50,826 nt of DNA from Pseudomonadota bacterium (GTDB taxonomy: Bacteria; Pseudomonadota; Gammaproteobacteria; JAKAQQ01): assembly GCA_027320085.1 (NCBI GenBank), contig DAHVLZ010000017.1, positions 1 to 50,826 on the forward strand, in the 5' to 3' direction. The translations under genes and the position numbers were made by a program. This document shows, piece by piece, positions 26,142 to 35,977 of the stretch. Numbering within the stretch: the stretch's first letter is position 1; each line of letters begins with the position of its first letter. The notes below the pieces were generated by a model that searched no databases, was not told the DNA's origin, and was given only the letters and a program-made list of their open reading frames with translations.

Positions 26142-27506
26142 ATGCTGACGATGAAACGTCTGTCCGCCCACAAAACCGCCCGGCGTCTTTCCCTTTTTGC
26201 TCTGCTGTCGGCAGCGGGGCTGGGCGTCCTCACCACACCGGCATGGGGCTCGGGATTCGCCTTGAACGAATCCAGCGCCCGAGAAATGGGGAAAGCCTAT
26301 GCCGGCAGCGCCGCCAAGCCGGATGGAGCCACCGCGGTCTACTTCAACCCGGCCCTTTTGACCCTCCTCAAAAAGCCGACCCTCAATCTGACCGCAACCA
26401 TTATCAAGCTGGACGGTGAGTTCACTCCCACCCAGGCCATCGATGCCATCGGGCAACCCCTGGCGGGCGGCAACGGCGGAAATGCCGGCCGCAAACTCAA
26501 CTTCGTCCCCTCGGGGTTCTTTGCCGCACCCATCAACCACCATTGGTCGTGGGGCATCGGCATTTACGTCCCCTTCGGGCTCAGCACCGATTACAACCCC
26601 TCGTCGATCCTCCGCTACGAGGCCATCTACACCTCGCTGGACATCATCAACGTCAACCCGTCCTTGGCCTACCGCCTGTCTCCCCACTTCTCCATCGGCC
26701 TCGGGCTGGACATCTCCAAGGCCTACGCCAAATTTACGAATGACGTCGATGCCGGGGCCGTGTGTTTCGCGAAGCTGGGACCTTTGAACTGCCAGAGCCT
26801 GGGCCTCACCCCCCAGTCGCATGACATCTTTTCGGAGGTTCAAGGAAGCGATACGGCCTTTGGCTGGAACATCGGCTTCCTGTGGCATGACTCAGGAACG
26901 CGGATCGGCCTCACCTACCGGAGCCGGATCACCCACAATCTCGTCGGGACCGCCACGTTCAACAACGTGCCGGCCATCTTCCAGCAAAGTGACATCTTCT
27001 CCCCGACCGATGTCAGTGCCAACCTCGAAACACCGGACACGGCAACCTTGAGCTTCAACCAGCAGTTGTCGCAGGCATGGTCGATCGGTGCAACTGCCAG
27101 CTACACCCGCTGGAGTTCCTTCCAGCAGATCCAGATCCTTTTCGCGAATCCCAACCAGCCCACGGCCACCACACCCGAGAACTATCACAACACCTGGTAT
27201 GGCAGCGTGGGAACCAGCTGGCACTATAACGCCCACTGGACCTTCAGGGGCGGCCTCGGCTGGGACCAGAGTCCGGTCCCGAACTCGACCCGGAACGCCC
27301 GTCTGCCCGACGGCAACCGGGATTGGCTGTCTTTGGGTTTCACCTACCAGGTCAACCCCGCCACCAGCCTATCGTTTGGTTATGCGCACCTGTTCCTGAA
27401 CAGCCATATCCCCATGGACAATACCAGTCCATCGGGTGACCAGGTGGTCGGAACCTGGAACCTGGATGCCAACCTCTACGCCCTGGAGTTCGGCTACCAG
27501 TTCTGA
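26142..27506 (+). CDS. fadL: FadL/OmpP1 family outer-membrane hydrophobic-compound transporter
   Basis: Signal peptide, then GFALNESSA..MG.AYAG, YFNPA, PFGL.TDY, NINPS-like VNPSLAY, RLPD.NR.W, terminal YQF. Confidence 0.92.
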   Translation: MLTMKRLSAHKTARRLSLFALLSAAGLGVLTTPAWGSGFALNESSAREMGKAYAGSAAKPDGATAVYFNPALLTLLKKPTLNLTATIIKLDGEFTPTQAIDAIGQPLAGGNGGNAGRKLNFVPSGFFAAPINHHWSWGIGIYVPFGLSTDYNPSSILRYEAIYTSLDIINVNPSLAYRLSPHFSIGLGLDISKAYAKFTNDVDAGAVCFAKLGPLNCQSLGLTPQSHDIFSEVQGSDTAFGWNIGFLWHDSGTRIGLTYRSRITHNLVGTATFNNVPAIFQQSDIFSPTDVSANLETPDTATLSFNQQLSQAWSIGATASYTRWSSFQQIQILFANPNQPTATTPENYHNTWYGSVGTSWHYNAHWTFRGGLGWDQSPVPNSTRNARLPDGNRDWLSLGFTYQVNPATSLSFGYAHLFLNSHIPMDNTSPSGDQVVGTWNLDANLYALEFGYQF

Positions 27507-27523
27507 ACCGGGAAAAACGGGCG

Positions 27524-27544
27524 GGCCGCGACATCGTCGCGGCC
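27524..27544 (+). terminator. GC hairpin downstream of fadL
   Basis: ggccgcgac-atc-gtcgcggcc perfect 9-bp stem, 17 nt after the stop. No U-tract on +, so it may be a stabilising stem rather than a terminator. Confidence 0.4.
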
Positions 27545-27658
27545 GCCTGAACCGGTTCTATCGAGCCGGATTTTAGAGGATCGGATGCCCACCGGCGATC
27601 CGAGGGCGACCTGTTTGCGCCCGAACCTCACCCGACCGAACGGAGCCCACAACCGATC

Positions 27659-28588
27659 ATGCCTTCATCCAGACAACCGTGTGATGAAACCCCAACCCCA
27701 CGTGACGAGCCCGCGATTGGACCCGGAGCCTGCGCCTGGGGACACCGCCTGGCGGTTTCCACCGCAATCCTCGGGCTCACCCTCACACTGGGCGCTTGCG
27801 CGAGTCTATCCGGGCATGGCCCGGGGCCCTTCCATGACATCAACCGCGCCAACTTCGCCCTGAACGAAGCGGTGGATCGGGCGGTTCTCCGACCGGCCGC
27901 CCACGCCTATGTGGCGGTCGTGCCCCATCCCATCCGGATCGGCATTCACAACGTCTTTTCGAACCTCACGGACCCGATGGTGGCCCTCAACGAATTCCTG
28001 GAAGGCCGGCCCCGGCAGGGATTTGAGGAAAGCGGCCGCTTCCTTGCCAATACCACGTTTGGGGTTTTGGGTCTTTTCAACGTGGCCTCCGCCATGGGCC
28101 TTGAGCACCATCATGCGGATTTCGGACTGACCCTGGCACACTGGGGGCTGCCGCGGGGACCCTACCTCTACCTGCCTCTCTTCGGCCCCAGCAGCCTGCG
28201 CAGCCTCGCCGGCCGAATCGTCGACAGCGATCTCGGAAATCCGGTCCAGTACATCTCATCCGTTCCGATCCGCAATGGTCTCACGATCCTCAACCTGCTC
28301 GAGATCCGCGCCCAGCTGATCGGCCAGGTCCATCTCATCTACTCCGCACCCGATCCATATCTCATGATGAAGGATGCCTACCAGCAACATCAGCGCTACC
28401 GCTTCTACCACGGCCATCCGCCCATCGTCTATCCGGGCCTGCCGGGCGGTTCAACACCAGGATCGGAGGGATCGCCCCCCGTGGCCCGGAGACAGCCGAC
28501 GCAGGCCGGCCCGCATCCGGGGGCTGATTTCAGGAAAGCGGGGGAAGGTCCTTCAAGAGGAAGTCTTCGACCTGGCAGAGCCGGGTGA
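27659..28588 (+). CDS. mlaA: MlaA/VacJ outer-membrane lipoprotein
   Basis: Lipobox LGAC, NR.NF..N..VDR.VLRP, RFLANTTFG..GLF, DFGLTL..WG...GPYL.LP.FGPSS.R, DPY..MKDAY.Q. The start may lie further downstream. Confidence 0.93.
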   Translation: MPSSRQPCDETPTPRDEPAIGPGACAWGHRLAVSTAILGLTLTLGACASLSGHGPGPFHDINRANFALNEAVDRAVLRPAAHAYVAVVPHPIRIGIHNVFSNLTDPMVALNEFLEGRPRQGFEESGRFLANTTFGVLGLFNVASAMGLEHHHADFGLTLAHWGLPRGPYLYLPLFGPSSLRSLAGRIVDSDLGNPVQYISSVPIRNGLTILNLLEIRAQLIGQVHLIYSAPDPYLMMKDAYQQHQRYRFYHGHPPIVYPGLPGGSTPGSEGSPPVARRQPTQAGPHPGADFRKAGEGPSRGSLRPGRAG

Positions 28589-28859
28589 TGGCCCGGGCCT
28601 GATCGGGAAGATTCCGGATGTCGAGCGACCGGCCCTCTTCGTGGGCCAGTCGCTTCCATTCGATGAGCTGGGCCACTCCCGCACTGTCCATGAAGGGGAC
28701 CTCGCTGAGATCCACCGTCCGGACCCGGCCAAAAGCCCGACGGGTCTTCCGGTCCGGCCGGATGAGTGTTGCCGCCGTAAGCGGTCCGATCACGTTCATC
28801 CGGTCATCCGAAATCCGAACCTCGAGACGGGCCGGCCGGGGCCCGGGCACGTTCGCCAT
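28530..28859 (-). CDS. mlaB: MlaB STAS-domain protein
   Basis: VDLSEVPFMDSAGVAQLIEW STAS motif; last gene of mlaFEDC. Confidence 0.88.
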   Translation of the reverse strand: MANVPGPRPARLEVRISDDRMNVIGPLTAATLIRPDRKTRRAFGRVRTVDLSEVPFMDSAGVAQLIEWKRLAHEEGRSLDIRNLPDQARAITRLCQVEDFLLKDLPPLS

Positions 28860-29515
28860 CAGGATGGGGGATGCACGACGGGGTGGATCGTCTTCTCACG
28901 GAGTTTGCGGATCAGCCCCACCACACCCACCCGTCCCAGGATCGGCTCGAACTGTTTCCGGAAACTCATGACGTAGGAGATGCCCTCGACACTCACGTCA
29001 AAAATCCTCCACCCGCGAGCGGTGCGGTAGAGGGCATAAGTGACGCCCACCGACTGGCCGCCTTGCGTGTGAATCTCGCTCATGACCTCCACATAGTGCA
29101 CGGTGAGCGAACCCCGGTAGGGTTTGACCCGGACCTGGGCTCCGCGGTAGTGCTTGAGGGCGGTTGCGAAGGTGTGGATCAGGTAGTGGTAGAAGAAGCG
29201 CTCAAACTGCTGCCGTTGCACCGGTGTCGCCGACCGCCAGTACCGACCGAGTACGTACTCCGCGGTGAGCGAGAAGTCGAAGTAGGGCAGAAGCTCATTC
29301 GCCAGGAGGAGGGCCGTCTTCCGGGGATGGAGGTGGAGTCCCTGCCGGTGGGCCTTGAGAAAGACCAGGACCTTCCCCGTCGCCTGTTGGATCAGGGCGG
29401 TGGGTGTGGCGGCCGGGTTGTCAACCAGCGGCACCGGAGTCACGGGTGCGGCATGAGCCGGGACCCCGAGAAGAAGGAGGGGAAGCAGGGAGAGGGGAAG
29501 GAGTCTTTTCATCAT
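28859..29515 (-). CDS. mlaC: MlaC periplasmic phospholipid shuttle
   Basis: Signal peptide, LLPYFDF, VLGRYWR.AT..Q..QF, WRIFDV.VEGISYV.SFR.QF. Confidence 0.93.
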   Translation of the reverse strand: MMKRLLPLSLLPLLLLGVPAHAAPVTPVPLVDNPAATPTALIQQATGKVLVFLKAHRQGLHLHPRKTALLLANELLPYFDFSLTAEYVLGRYWRSATPVQRQQFERFFYHYLIHTFATALKHYRGAQVRVKPYRGSLTVHYVEVMSEIHTQGGQSVGVTYALYRTARGWRIFDVSVEGISYVMSFRKQFEPILGRVGVVGLIRKLREKTIHPVVHPPS

Positions 29516-29597
29516 CTAAGATCACCAGTGGGGCCGCGGGATCCCGCAGCAGGGCGCGGGTCCGCAGTGGGACGGGGTCCGGGGGCGTCCATTTTCT

Positions 29598-30062
29598 TCA
29601 TTTGCCGGAATGGCTGCCGTGGGTCAACAGCTGACCCAACAGGTTTTCCAGGATAATCGCGGACTGCGTGAAATGAATCGTACTGCCCTTGTGGAGGAAG
29701 GTCGGCGCACCCCCCGGACTCAGGCCGATATATTGCTCCCCAAGCACGCCCTGCGTCAGGATCGCGGCGGTCGAATCCGCAGGAATCTTGTCATAGTGGT
29801 CCGAGATCAGAAGGTCGACCTCGGCCTGATAACGCGTCATGCTGTAATGGATCCGGGTCACCCGACCAACGGTCACTCCGCCCATGCGGACGGGTGCTCC
29901 CACATGCAATCCGCCCACGTTGTTGAAGAAGGCCCGGACCTGATAACTCCGTCCGCCATAGCTCCGGTAGTTGGTGGTCTGCGTGGCCAGGTAGAACAGG
30001 GCCGCGACACCCAGCAGTACAAAAAGGCCGGTGGTGACTTCGAGCGTGCGGATCGAACGCAT
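29598..30062 (-). CDS. mlaD: MlaD MCE-domain protein
   Basis: TM helix, FNNVGGL.VGAPV.MGGV.VGRV, ILTQGVLGEQYI.LSPGG, TQSAIILENL. Confidence 0.95.
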   Translation of the reverse strand: MRSIRTLEVTTGLFVLLGVAALFYLATQTTNYRSYGGRSYQVRAFFNNVGGLHVGAPVRMGGVTVGRVTRIHYSMTRYQAEVDLLISDHYDKIPADSTAAILTQGVLGEQYIGLSPGGAPTFLHKGSTIHFTQSAIILENLLGQLLTHGSHSGK

Positions 30063-30085
30063 AAAACCCCTCTCGGCAATACCCG

Positions 30086-30856
30086 TCAATACATGAATGA
30101 GGTTAGCAGAAAATCCAAGGCCAATATCGCCATGGAACTGATGACCACGGACCGGGTCGTAGCCTGGCCGACACCCTCGGCCGTGGGCCGGGCATGATAG
30201 CCCTCATAGAGGGAAATCAGGCTGCAGGCGACGCCGAAAATCAGGCTCTTGATCATCCCGTTCACAAAATCGGAGTGGAACCGGACTTCGTGCCGCATGC
30301 TCGACCAGAAGACGCCGGGGTCGAGGCCCATCATCTTGATGCCGATCAGGTAGGCGCCCAAAACACCCATGGCGCTGAAGATGGCCGCCAGGAGGGGCAT
30401 GGCCAGGATTCCGGCCAGAAAGCGCGGGGCCACGACCCGCCGCATGGGATCGACGGCCATCACCTCCATGGCATCGATCTGGCGGGTGGCCCGCATGAGT
30501 CCGAGTTCGGATGCGAGCGAGGTTCCGGCCCGGCCGGCGAACAAGAGGGCGGTCAGCACGGGACCGAGCTCGCGCAGCAAGGCCAAAGTCACAAGCCCCC
30601 CCAGGGAACTTGTGGCACCGAAGCGGGACAGGGCGGTATAGAACTGCAGGGCTAGGACCAGACCCACGAACAATCCCCCCACCGCGATCAGGATGAACGA
30701 GACGGAGCCCACATAAAAAAGCTGTTCGATGAACTGACGCGGGCGGGCCAAGGCGGATGGAACGAGAACCAGACTCGTGACCAGAAAATGCAGGCGCCGT
30801 CCCAGAGCCCCACAAAATTCCAAAAACGGCTGGATGAGGGCGTAGAACCGCTTCAT
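30086..30856 (-). CDS. mlaE: MlaE ABC permease
   Basis: LRELGPVLTALLFAGRAG, AMEVMAVDP, PTAEGVGQATTRSVV. Confidence 0.96.
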   Translation of the reverse strand: MKRFYALIQPFLEFCGALGRRLHFLVTSLVLVPSALARPRQFIEQLFYVGSVSFILIAVGGLFVGLVLALQFYTALSRFGATSSLGGLVTLALLRELGPVLTALLFAGRAGTSLASELGLMRATRQIDAMEVMAVDPMRRVVAPRFLAGILAMPLLAAIFSAMGVLGAYLIGIKMMGLDPGVFWSSMRHEVRFHSDFVNGMIKSLIFGVACSLISLYEGYHARPTAEGVGQATTRSVVISSMAILALDFLLTSFMY

Positions 30857-31719
30857 GCCGACCGCACCTTGCCGAAAAGGTCATCTGCGTAGTTGCGGCT
30901 GGGATAGTGGAACGGCACCGGCCCCTCGGCGCCACCGCTCACAAACTGGCGAACCCAGGGGCTCTTCATCTCCCGGATGGAAGCCGGCGGGCCTGCACCC
31001 TGCACACAACCCTCCGCAATGAGATAGCACCAGTCCGCCACCTCGAGCATCTCGCTCACATCATGGCTCACGATGAGACTCGTGATACCGAGACTCCGGT
31101 TGAGATGGACAATGAGTCGCAGAATCATGCCCATGGCGATCGGATCCAGCCCGACCAGAGGCTCGTCGTAGAACATGATCAAAGGATCAAGGACAATCGA
31201 GCGCGCCAAGGCCACCCGCCGGGCCATCCCCCCCGACAGTTGTGACGGGTAGAGCGAGTGGGCTCCCCGCAACCCGACCGCTTCGAGCTTCATCAAAACC
31301 AGGTGGTGAATCAGGGCTTCCGCGAGGCGTGTGTGCTCCCGCACTGGAAAGGCGACATTCTCGAAAACCGAAAGGTCCGTGAACAGGGCGCCATCCTGAA
31401 ACAAAACCCCCATCCGCCGCCTCAGGCGGAAGAGCGCCCGACGGGACAGGACGCCCACTTCCTCGTCCCCGACCTCGATCTGTCCGCGGAGGGCTTTCTT
31501 CTGCCCGGTCATGAGCTCGATCAGGGTGCTTTTGCCGGATCCGCTCGGACCCAGAATTGCCGTGATCTGCCCTTCCGGAACCGTGAGGTTCAAGCCCGAA
31601 AAAACAAGACGCGAACCATAACCGAAATGCACGTCCTGAACGCGGATCGCACTGGGGCCTGTGGGCTGAGCGAGATCCCGGGTGCCGGTCAACGGTCGGG
31701 GGGGGACAGGAATCGTCAT
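30853..31719 (-). CDS. mlaF: MlaF ABC ATPase
   Basis: GPSGSGKS, LFQDGALF, LSGGMARRVALAR, YDEP, SHD, GPVPFHYP. Confidence 0.96.
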   Translation of the reverse strand: MTIPVPPRPLTGTRDLAQPTGPSAIRVQDVHFGYGSRLVFSGLNLTVPEGQITAILGPSGSGKSTLIELMTGQKKALRGQIEVGDEEVGVLSRRALFRLRRRMGVLFQDGALFTDLSVFENVAFPVREHTRLAEALIHHLVLMKLEAVGLRGAHSLYPSQLSGGMARRVALARSIVLDPLIMFYDEPLVGLDPIAMGMILRLIVHLNRSLGITSLIVSHDVSEMLEVADWCYLIAEGCVQGAGPPASIREMKSPWVRQFVSGGAEGPVPFHYPSRNYADDLFGKVRSA

Positions 31720-31749
31720 GCGGGATCCTGGGGCTTGAGGCCGGAGGCT

Positions 31750-32772
31750 TCAGGCCACTTTTTCCAGATCCGGATGGTAACGCCCCATGCTCGCGAGACT
31801 ATTCAGGCGAACGCGTTGACTGAACAGCTCCTGGGCCTGCCGGACCCGGTCTGGCTGACCGGCCCACATCCGGAGCGGTGGTTCCTGGAGTGCCCGCGAG
31901 AAGGAGAAGGTGAGCCGCCAGGGCAGGCGCGTGGCCCGCTGGTTGATGGCATTGAGATGCCGGGTGGCTTGTTCCGGAGACTGCCCCCCGGACAGGAAAG
32001 CCACTCCGGGAACGGATGCCGGCACCGTCCGGGCCAGGGTTTCCACCGTGGCTTGTGCCACATCCTCCACGGATGCGGGACGGGTGCACTGCTTGCCGGG
32101 AAGGACCATGTTGGGCTTGAGAACCAAAGCCTCGAGCCGGACCCCCTGGGCCTTCAGGGCCATGAACAGCTGATCGAGGGCGGCTGTGGTCACGGCTTCG
32201 CAGCGTTCGAGGTCGTGACGGCCCTCCATCAGGACTTCCGGCTCCACAATCGGAACCATGCCGGCTTCCTGCACCAGTCCGGCATAACGGGCCAGAACCT
32301 CGGCGTTGGTCCTCAGGGCCAAAGTGGAGGGACGTTGCTCGTCCACGGCAATCACAGCCCGCCACTTGGTGAAACGCGCCCCCAACTCATGGTAGGTGGC
32401 CAACCGTTCGCGCAGGCCATCCAGTCCTTCGGTCACGGATTCATCGGGCCGCCCCGGCAAGGGCTTGATCCCCCGGTCCACCTTGATGCCCGGCAGGATG
32501 CCCCGATCCTCGAGAATCTGGACGAGTCGGCTGCCGTCCCGGCCGGTTTGGCCGAGAGTCTCCTCATAGAGGATCACGCCGGAAAGGTGCTGGTCAATCC
32601 CCGGGCTCGAAAACAAGAGTTCACGGTAGTCGCGTCGCGTGATTTCGGTTGAGGGGATACCCACGGCCTGGAAGCGCTTCTCGATGGTGCCCGAGCTTTC
32701 ATCCGCTGCGAGGATACCCCGATCCGGTGCCATCAACTGTTGTGCCAGTGCATCGAGTGGATGGGACTTCAT
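31750..32772 (-). CDS. Fructose-bisphosphate aldolase class I (eukaryote-type)
   Basis: GILAADES, GIKVD.G, FTKWRAV, VPIVEPEVL, LKPNMV (Schiff-base Lys), FLSGGQS, FSFSRALQ. Confidence 0.96.
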   Translation of the reverse strand: MKSHPLDALAQQLMAPDRGILAADESSGTIEKRFQAVGIPSTEITRRDYRELLFSSPGIDQHLSGVILYEETLGQTGRDGSRLVQILEDRGILPGIKVDRGIKPLPGRPDESVTEGLDGLRERLATYHELGARFTKWRAVIAVDEQRPSTLALRTNAEVLARYAGLVQEAGMVPIVEPEVLMEGRHDLERCEAVTTAALDQLFMALKAQGVRLEALVLKPNMVLPGKQCTRPASVEDVAQATVETLARTVPASVPGVAFLSGGQSPEQATRHLNAINQRATRLPWRLTFSFSRALQEPPLRMWAGQPDRVRQAQELFSQRVRLNSLASMGRYHPDLEKVA

Positions 32773-32911
32773 GGATGGATCAGGGCCGTGTGGGGAAAAC
32801 CGAACCAAGGATTATGATAGCAGAAGTTCCGGGACACCCTGGGCCCACCCGAACGGGCCCGTGTTCGCCGCTTCGCGGATCCGCTTCGTCGGAGGGCTGT
32901 GTTTCCTACCT

Positions 32912-33274
32912 TTACAGCGTATGCGTCGGCTTGACGCCGGGCAGCCTGCCGGTCAACAGTTTCTCGAGCTTGAGCTGCGTCACCTTGGCGGTTTCTCCGA
33001 TGAACTGGACACCGATCCCCTGGTTCGCACCTTGGGAACGGAAGCGGTTTCCCGCACCCACCGGCGTGACCCAGACGACCTTTCCTTCCACTCCGACCGG
33101 CTGTGTCTCACGGGGCAGTTCGATCAACAGGAACACGGACTCCCCCAGACGAAAGCCGGTCTCCGTGGTCAGGAAGAGCCCTCCCCCGCTGATGAAGGGC
33201 ATGTAACAGCGATAGAGCTCGTCCAGATCGGTGAAGGCGAGCTTGATGAACCGGTTAGTCGGATTTTGAGGCAT
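32912..33274 (-). CDS. pilZ: Type IV pilus assembly protein PilZ
   Basis: LY..YMPFI.GGGLF..T, GKVVWVTP, GIGVQF, PTHTL; downstream of holB. Confidence 0.93.
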   Translation of the reverse strand: MPQNPTNRFIKLAFTDLDELYRCYMPFISGGGLFLTTETGFRLGESVFLLIELPRETQPVGVEGKVVWVTPVGAGNRFRSQGANQGIGVQFIGETAKVTQLKLEKLLTGRLPGVKPTHTL

Positions 33275-34181
33275 GCCGATGCACCTCCCGGGTAATACCC
33301 ACCACCAGCGCTTCCAGGGCGAGCCTTTGGTTGATACCGGCCTGCGCCATGCGCTCGGTCTCGCGGGCCCGAGTATACAGGAGCCCGAGGCAATCCACGG
33401 GCAGGGCACTCAGTCGACGTTCGAGGGCCTGGGGCAACCGCTCCCCGACCGGCCAGCCCAGGCGCTGTCGGCTCGCCGTCCACAGGCACTGAGCCCAGAG
33501 ACGGGCCTGGTCGGCCCACGTCAAGGGCGACCGCTCCCGGACCTGCGCGAAGGGACTCGTTTCCCCTCGAAACATCCGTTCGCATTCGTCCGCCCATTCC
33601 GCGACCAGAGCCTCCCACTCCGGGGGCCCGAGTCCGGAAACCGTCTCCTGAGCGTGCAAGGTCCAGCGCTGGCAGCGGCTCCTGAGCGTGGCCTTGAGTG
33701 CACGAGGCCGACCTGCTTCCAGGAGATAAAGGGCATGCGGGGGGGGTTCCTCCAGGGTCTTGAGGAAGGCATTGGCTGCCCCTTCCGTCAGTCGGTTGGC
33801 ACGGGGAATCCAGCCGACCTTCCATCCCCCCCGATGGGCGGTCAGCGCCAGTGCGTCTTCCAACGCCCGGATCTCGTCGATCCCGATCTGTTCGGGCTCC
33901 TCCGCGATGGTCTGGAGATCGGGGTGGGCATGGCCCGCCTGCCGTTGCCGGCAGGACCAGCAGCGCCCACAGGGGGGATCACCAGACCTGCTCTCGCACA
34001 AGAGCCGCTCGATGAGATGGGTCGCCAAAAGCCATCTCCGGGATTCGGTTGCACCGGTGAGGAGGATCGCGCCGGAGGCCACCGCCTGATCCCGCCCCGG
34101 TCCCAGCGAGGCCAGCAACGACTGGGGGATTCCCCAGTCGTGGTGCGCCGCCGTCACACGGTTCGCACCGGGCTGATTCAT
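33255..34181 (-). CDS. holB: DNA polymerase III subunit delta'
   Basis: LLC...PCGRCWSC...[30 protein letters not shown]; tmk-holB-pilZ order. Confidence 0.9.
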   Translation of the reverse strand: MNQPGANRVTAAHHDWGIPQSLLASLGPGRDQAVASGAILLTGATESRRWLLATHLIERLLCESRSGDPPCGRCWSCRQRQAGHAHPDLQTIAEEPEQIGIDEIRALEDALALTAHRGGWKVGWIPRANRLTEGAANAFLKTLEEPPPHALYLLEAGRPRALKATLRSRCQRWTLHAQETVSGLGPPEWEALVAEWADECERMFRGETSPFAQVRERSPLTWADQARLWAQCLWTASRQRLGWPVGERLPQALERRLSALPVDCLGLLYTRARETERMAQAGINQRLALEALVVGITREVHRHASKSD

Positions 34182-34849
34182 CGCGGCGGATCCTGGGGCG
34201 GGATTGCCCCCCCACTCGTCCAAGCCGCGAAACGGCGGGTCAAGGCCATCTCGATCATCGCCCGGACCTTGTCCGGGGAAAGCCCCCCCTCGATCCGGAC
34301 GAAACGTTCGGGATCCGCCTCCAGGCGGGATTGGTACCCGGCCCGCACCCGTTCATGCCAGTCGAGACTCTCCCGTTCCATCCGGTTCAACTGCCCGCGC
34401 TGACGGACCCGATCCAGGGCCTGGTCAACGGGTGTATCGAAGTACAGGGTGAGGTCCGGCCGGCCGGCCGATCCCAAAACCCAGTGCTCCAGCGTGGCAA
34501 TCCAGGCCACCGGAAGGCCGCGTCCCGCCCCCTGGTAGGCATAGGTGGAATCCACGAAACGGTCGCAGAGCACCCAGGTCCCGGACTCCAGTGCCGGTTC
34601 GATCCGTTCTACCCAGTGTTGCCGGCGCGCGGCAAAAACGAGCAAGAGTTCGGCCATGGCCTCGGGCGGATCGACGGTCGGGGACAGCACCCATTCCCGG
34701 ATCGTCTCGGCCAGCGGGGTTCCCCCGGGTTCGTGCGTCTCGATGAGCGAAACGCCCTGGGCCCGGATGAGGTCACGGATCCAGCCGGCCTGGCTGGTTT
34801 TTCCCGCGCCATCGCCACCCTCCAGGGTGATCAAGCGCCCGCGGGTCAT
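34178..34849 (-). CDS. tmk: Thymidylate kinase
   Basis: EGGDGAGKTS, EPGGT, LCDRFVDSTYAYQG, PDLT. Confidence 0.97.
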   Translation of the reverse strand: MTRGRLITLEGGDGAGKTSQAGWIRDLIRAQGVSLIETHEPGGTPLAETIREWVLSPTVDPPEAMAELLLVFAARRQHWVERIEPALESGTWVLCDRFVDSTYAYQGAGRGLPVAWIATLEHWVLGSAGRPDLTLYFDTPVDQALDRVRQRGQLNRMERESLDWHERVRAGYQSRLEADPERFVRIEGGLSPDKVRAMIEMALTRRFAAWTSGGAIPPQDPPR

Positions 34850-35883
34850 GGTTTTTTCTCCTTCTTGCGCAAGAGATAGCGGGCAATGTGCCGGTCCTGC
34901 TGGCTCAGGGTGCGGGCAAAAATATGTCGTCCATTCCCCATCGCGACGAAATAAAGGGCCCGCCCGATCTTGGGATGGAGCGCCGCCAAGAGGGCATTCC
35001 GACTGGGATAACAGATCGGAGTCGGTGGCAGCCCACGATGACGGTAGGTATTCCAGGGACTCGCGACCGCCATGTCGCGTGCCGTCAACAGGCCTGAGAA
35101 GCGGGGACCCAGCGCGTAGATGACCGTGGGATCACTCTCGAGCGGCATGCCGAGCGTGAGCCGGCGAATGAACACCCCGGCGATTTTTGGACGTTCCTTC
35201 CGGTAGGCCGACTCCTTCTCGATCATGGACGCCAGGATCAGGGTCTGGTAGGGCGTCTTGAGGGCCGGGGTTCGCTCGCGATGGATCCAAGCCTTTTCGA
35301 GAAAATCCGCCATCCGGTGATAGGCCCTCCGGAGGAGAGCGGAAACGGGGGTCTTTTGGGGGAAGAAATAGGTTTCCGGCGCGAAAACCCCCTCCGGGCT
35401 CTCCGCGGGATGTCCCACCATCTGCATGATCCAGGACGCTGAAAAGGCGTGGTGCGTCGGTTTCTGGAGTTCGGGATCCGCGATCAGGGCCGCCCTCAGT
35501 TCATCGAAGGTCTCCCCTGGAATGATCGTAAAACGGTAAAAGATGACCCGGCCCGCGACCAGACGGCGCAGAAGCCCGACCTGGCTCATACCGGGTGACA
35601 GGCGGTACTGTCCCGCCTGGAGTTCCCGCGCCATGCCGAGCAGGCGGCCCAGGAGGTCGAAAGTCCACCAGTGCGAGAGGATTCCTCGCTTTTGCAGCCG
35701 GAGACTCAGGTGATGCAGGGTCTCGTCCCGGTGCAGCGTCACCGTTTCGGCATGCTTGAGCTGGATGGGGGCATTCACGGCCCAGAACCCCATGCCCAAG
35801 ACGGCCGCAAAGGCCAGGAGGATGGCGGTCAATCCAGCCCAGAGTACCCATCGGATCCGGGGTATGCCGTGTTTTTTGTTCAT
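34846..35883 (-). CDS. mltG: Endolytic transglycosylase MltG
   Basis: N-terminal TM, EGVFAPETY, ILASMIEKE, L.SDPTVIY, SPWNTY..GLPPTPI, LYFVA.G.G.H.F. Confidence 0.95.
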   Translation of the reverse strand: MNKKHGIPRIRWVLWAGLTAILLAFAAVLGMGFWAVNAPIQLKHAETVTLHRDETLHHLSLRLQKRGILSHWWTFDLLGRLLGMARELQAGQYRLSPGMSQVGLLRRLVAGRVIFYRFTIIPGETFDELRAALIADPELQKPTHHAFSASWIMQMVGHPAESPEGVFAPETYFFPQKTPVSALLRRAYHRMADFLEKAWIHRERTPALKTPYQTLILASMIEKESAYRKERPKIAGVFIRRLTLGMPLESDPTVIYALGPRFSGLLTARDMAVASPWNTYRHRGLPPTPICYPSRNALLAALHPKIGRALYFVAMGNGRHIFARTLSQQDRHIARYLLRKKEKKP

Positions 35884-35977
35884 CCGGCTGTTCTCGCTTT
35901 CCCCCTTCTATCTCCCCGGGGATGAAGGAGCCGGAAATCCCCGGATGAGCGGCCGGAACGGGATGCCACGACCCGCT

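Noticed and set aside
31750-32772. Eukaryote-type class I aldolase as a recent horizontal transfer
   Set aside because: This family is established in several proteobacteria, and its composition looks like that of its neighbours.
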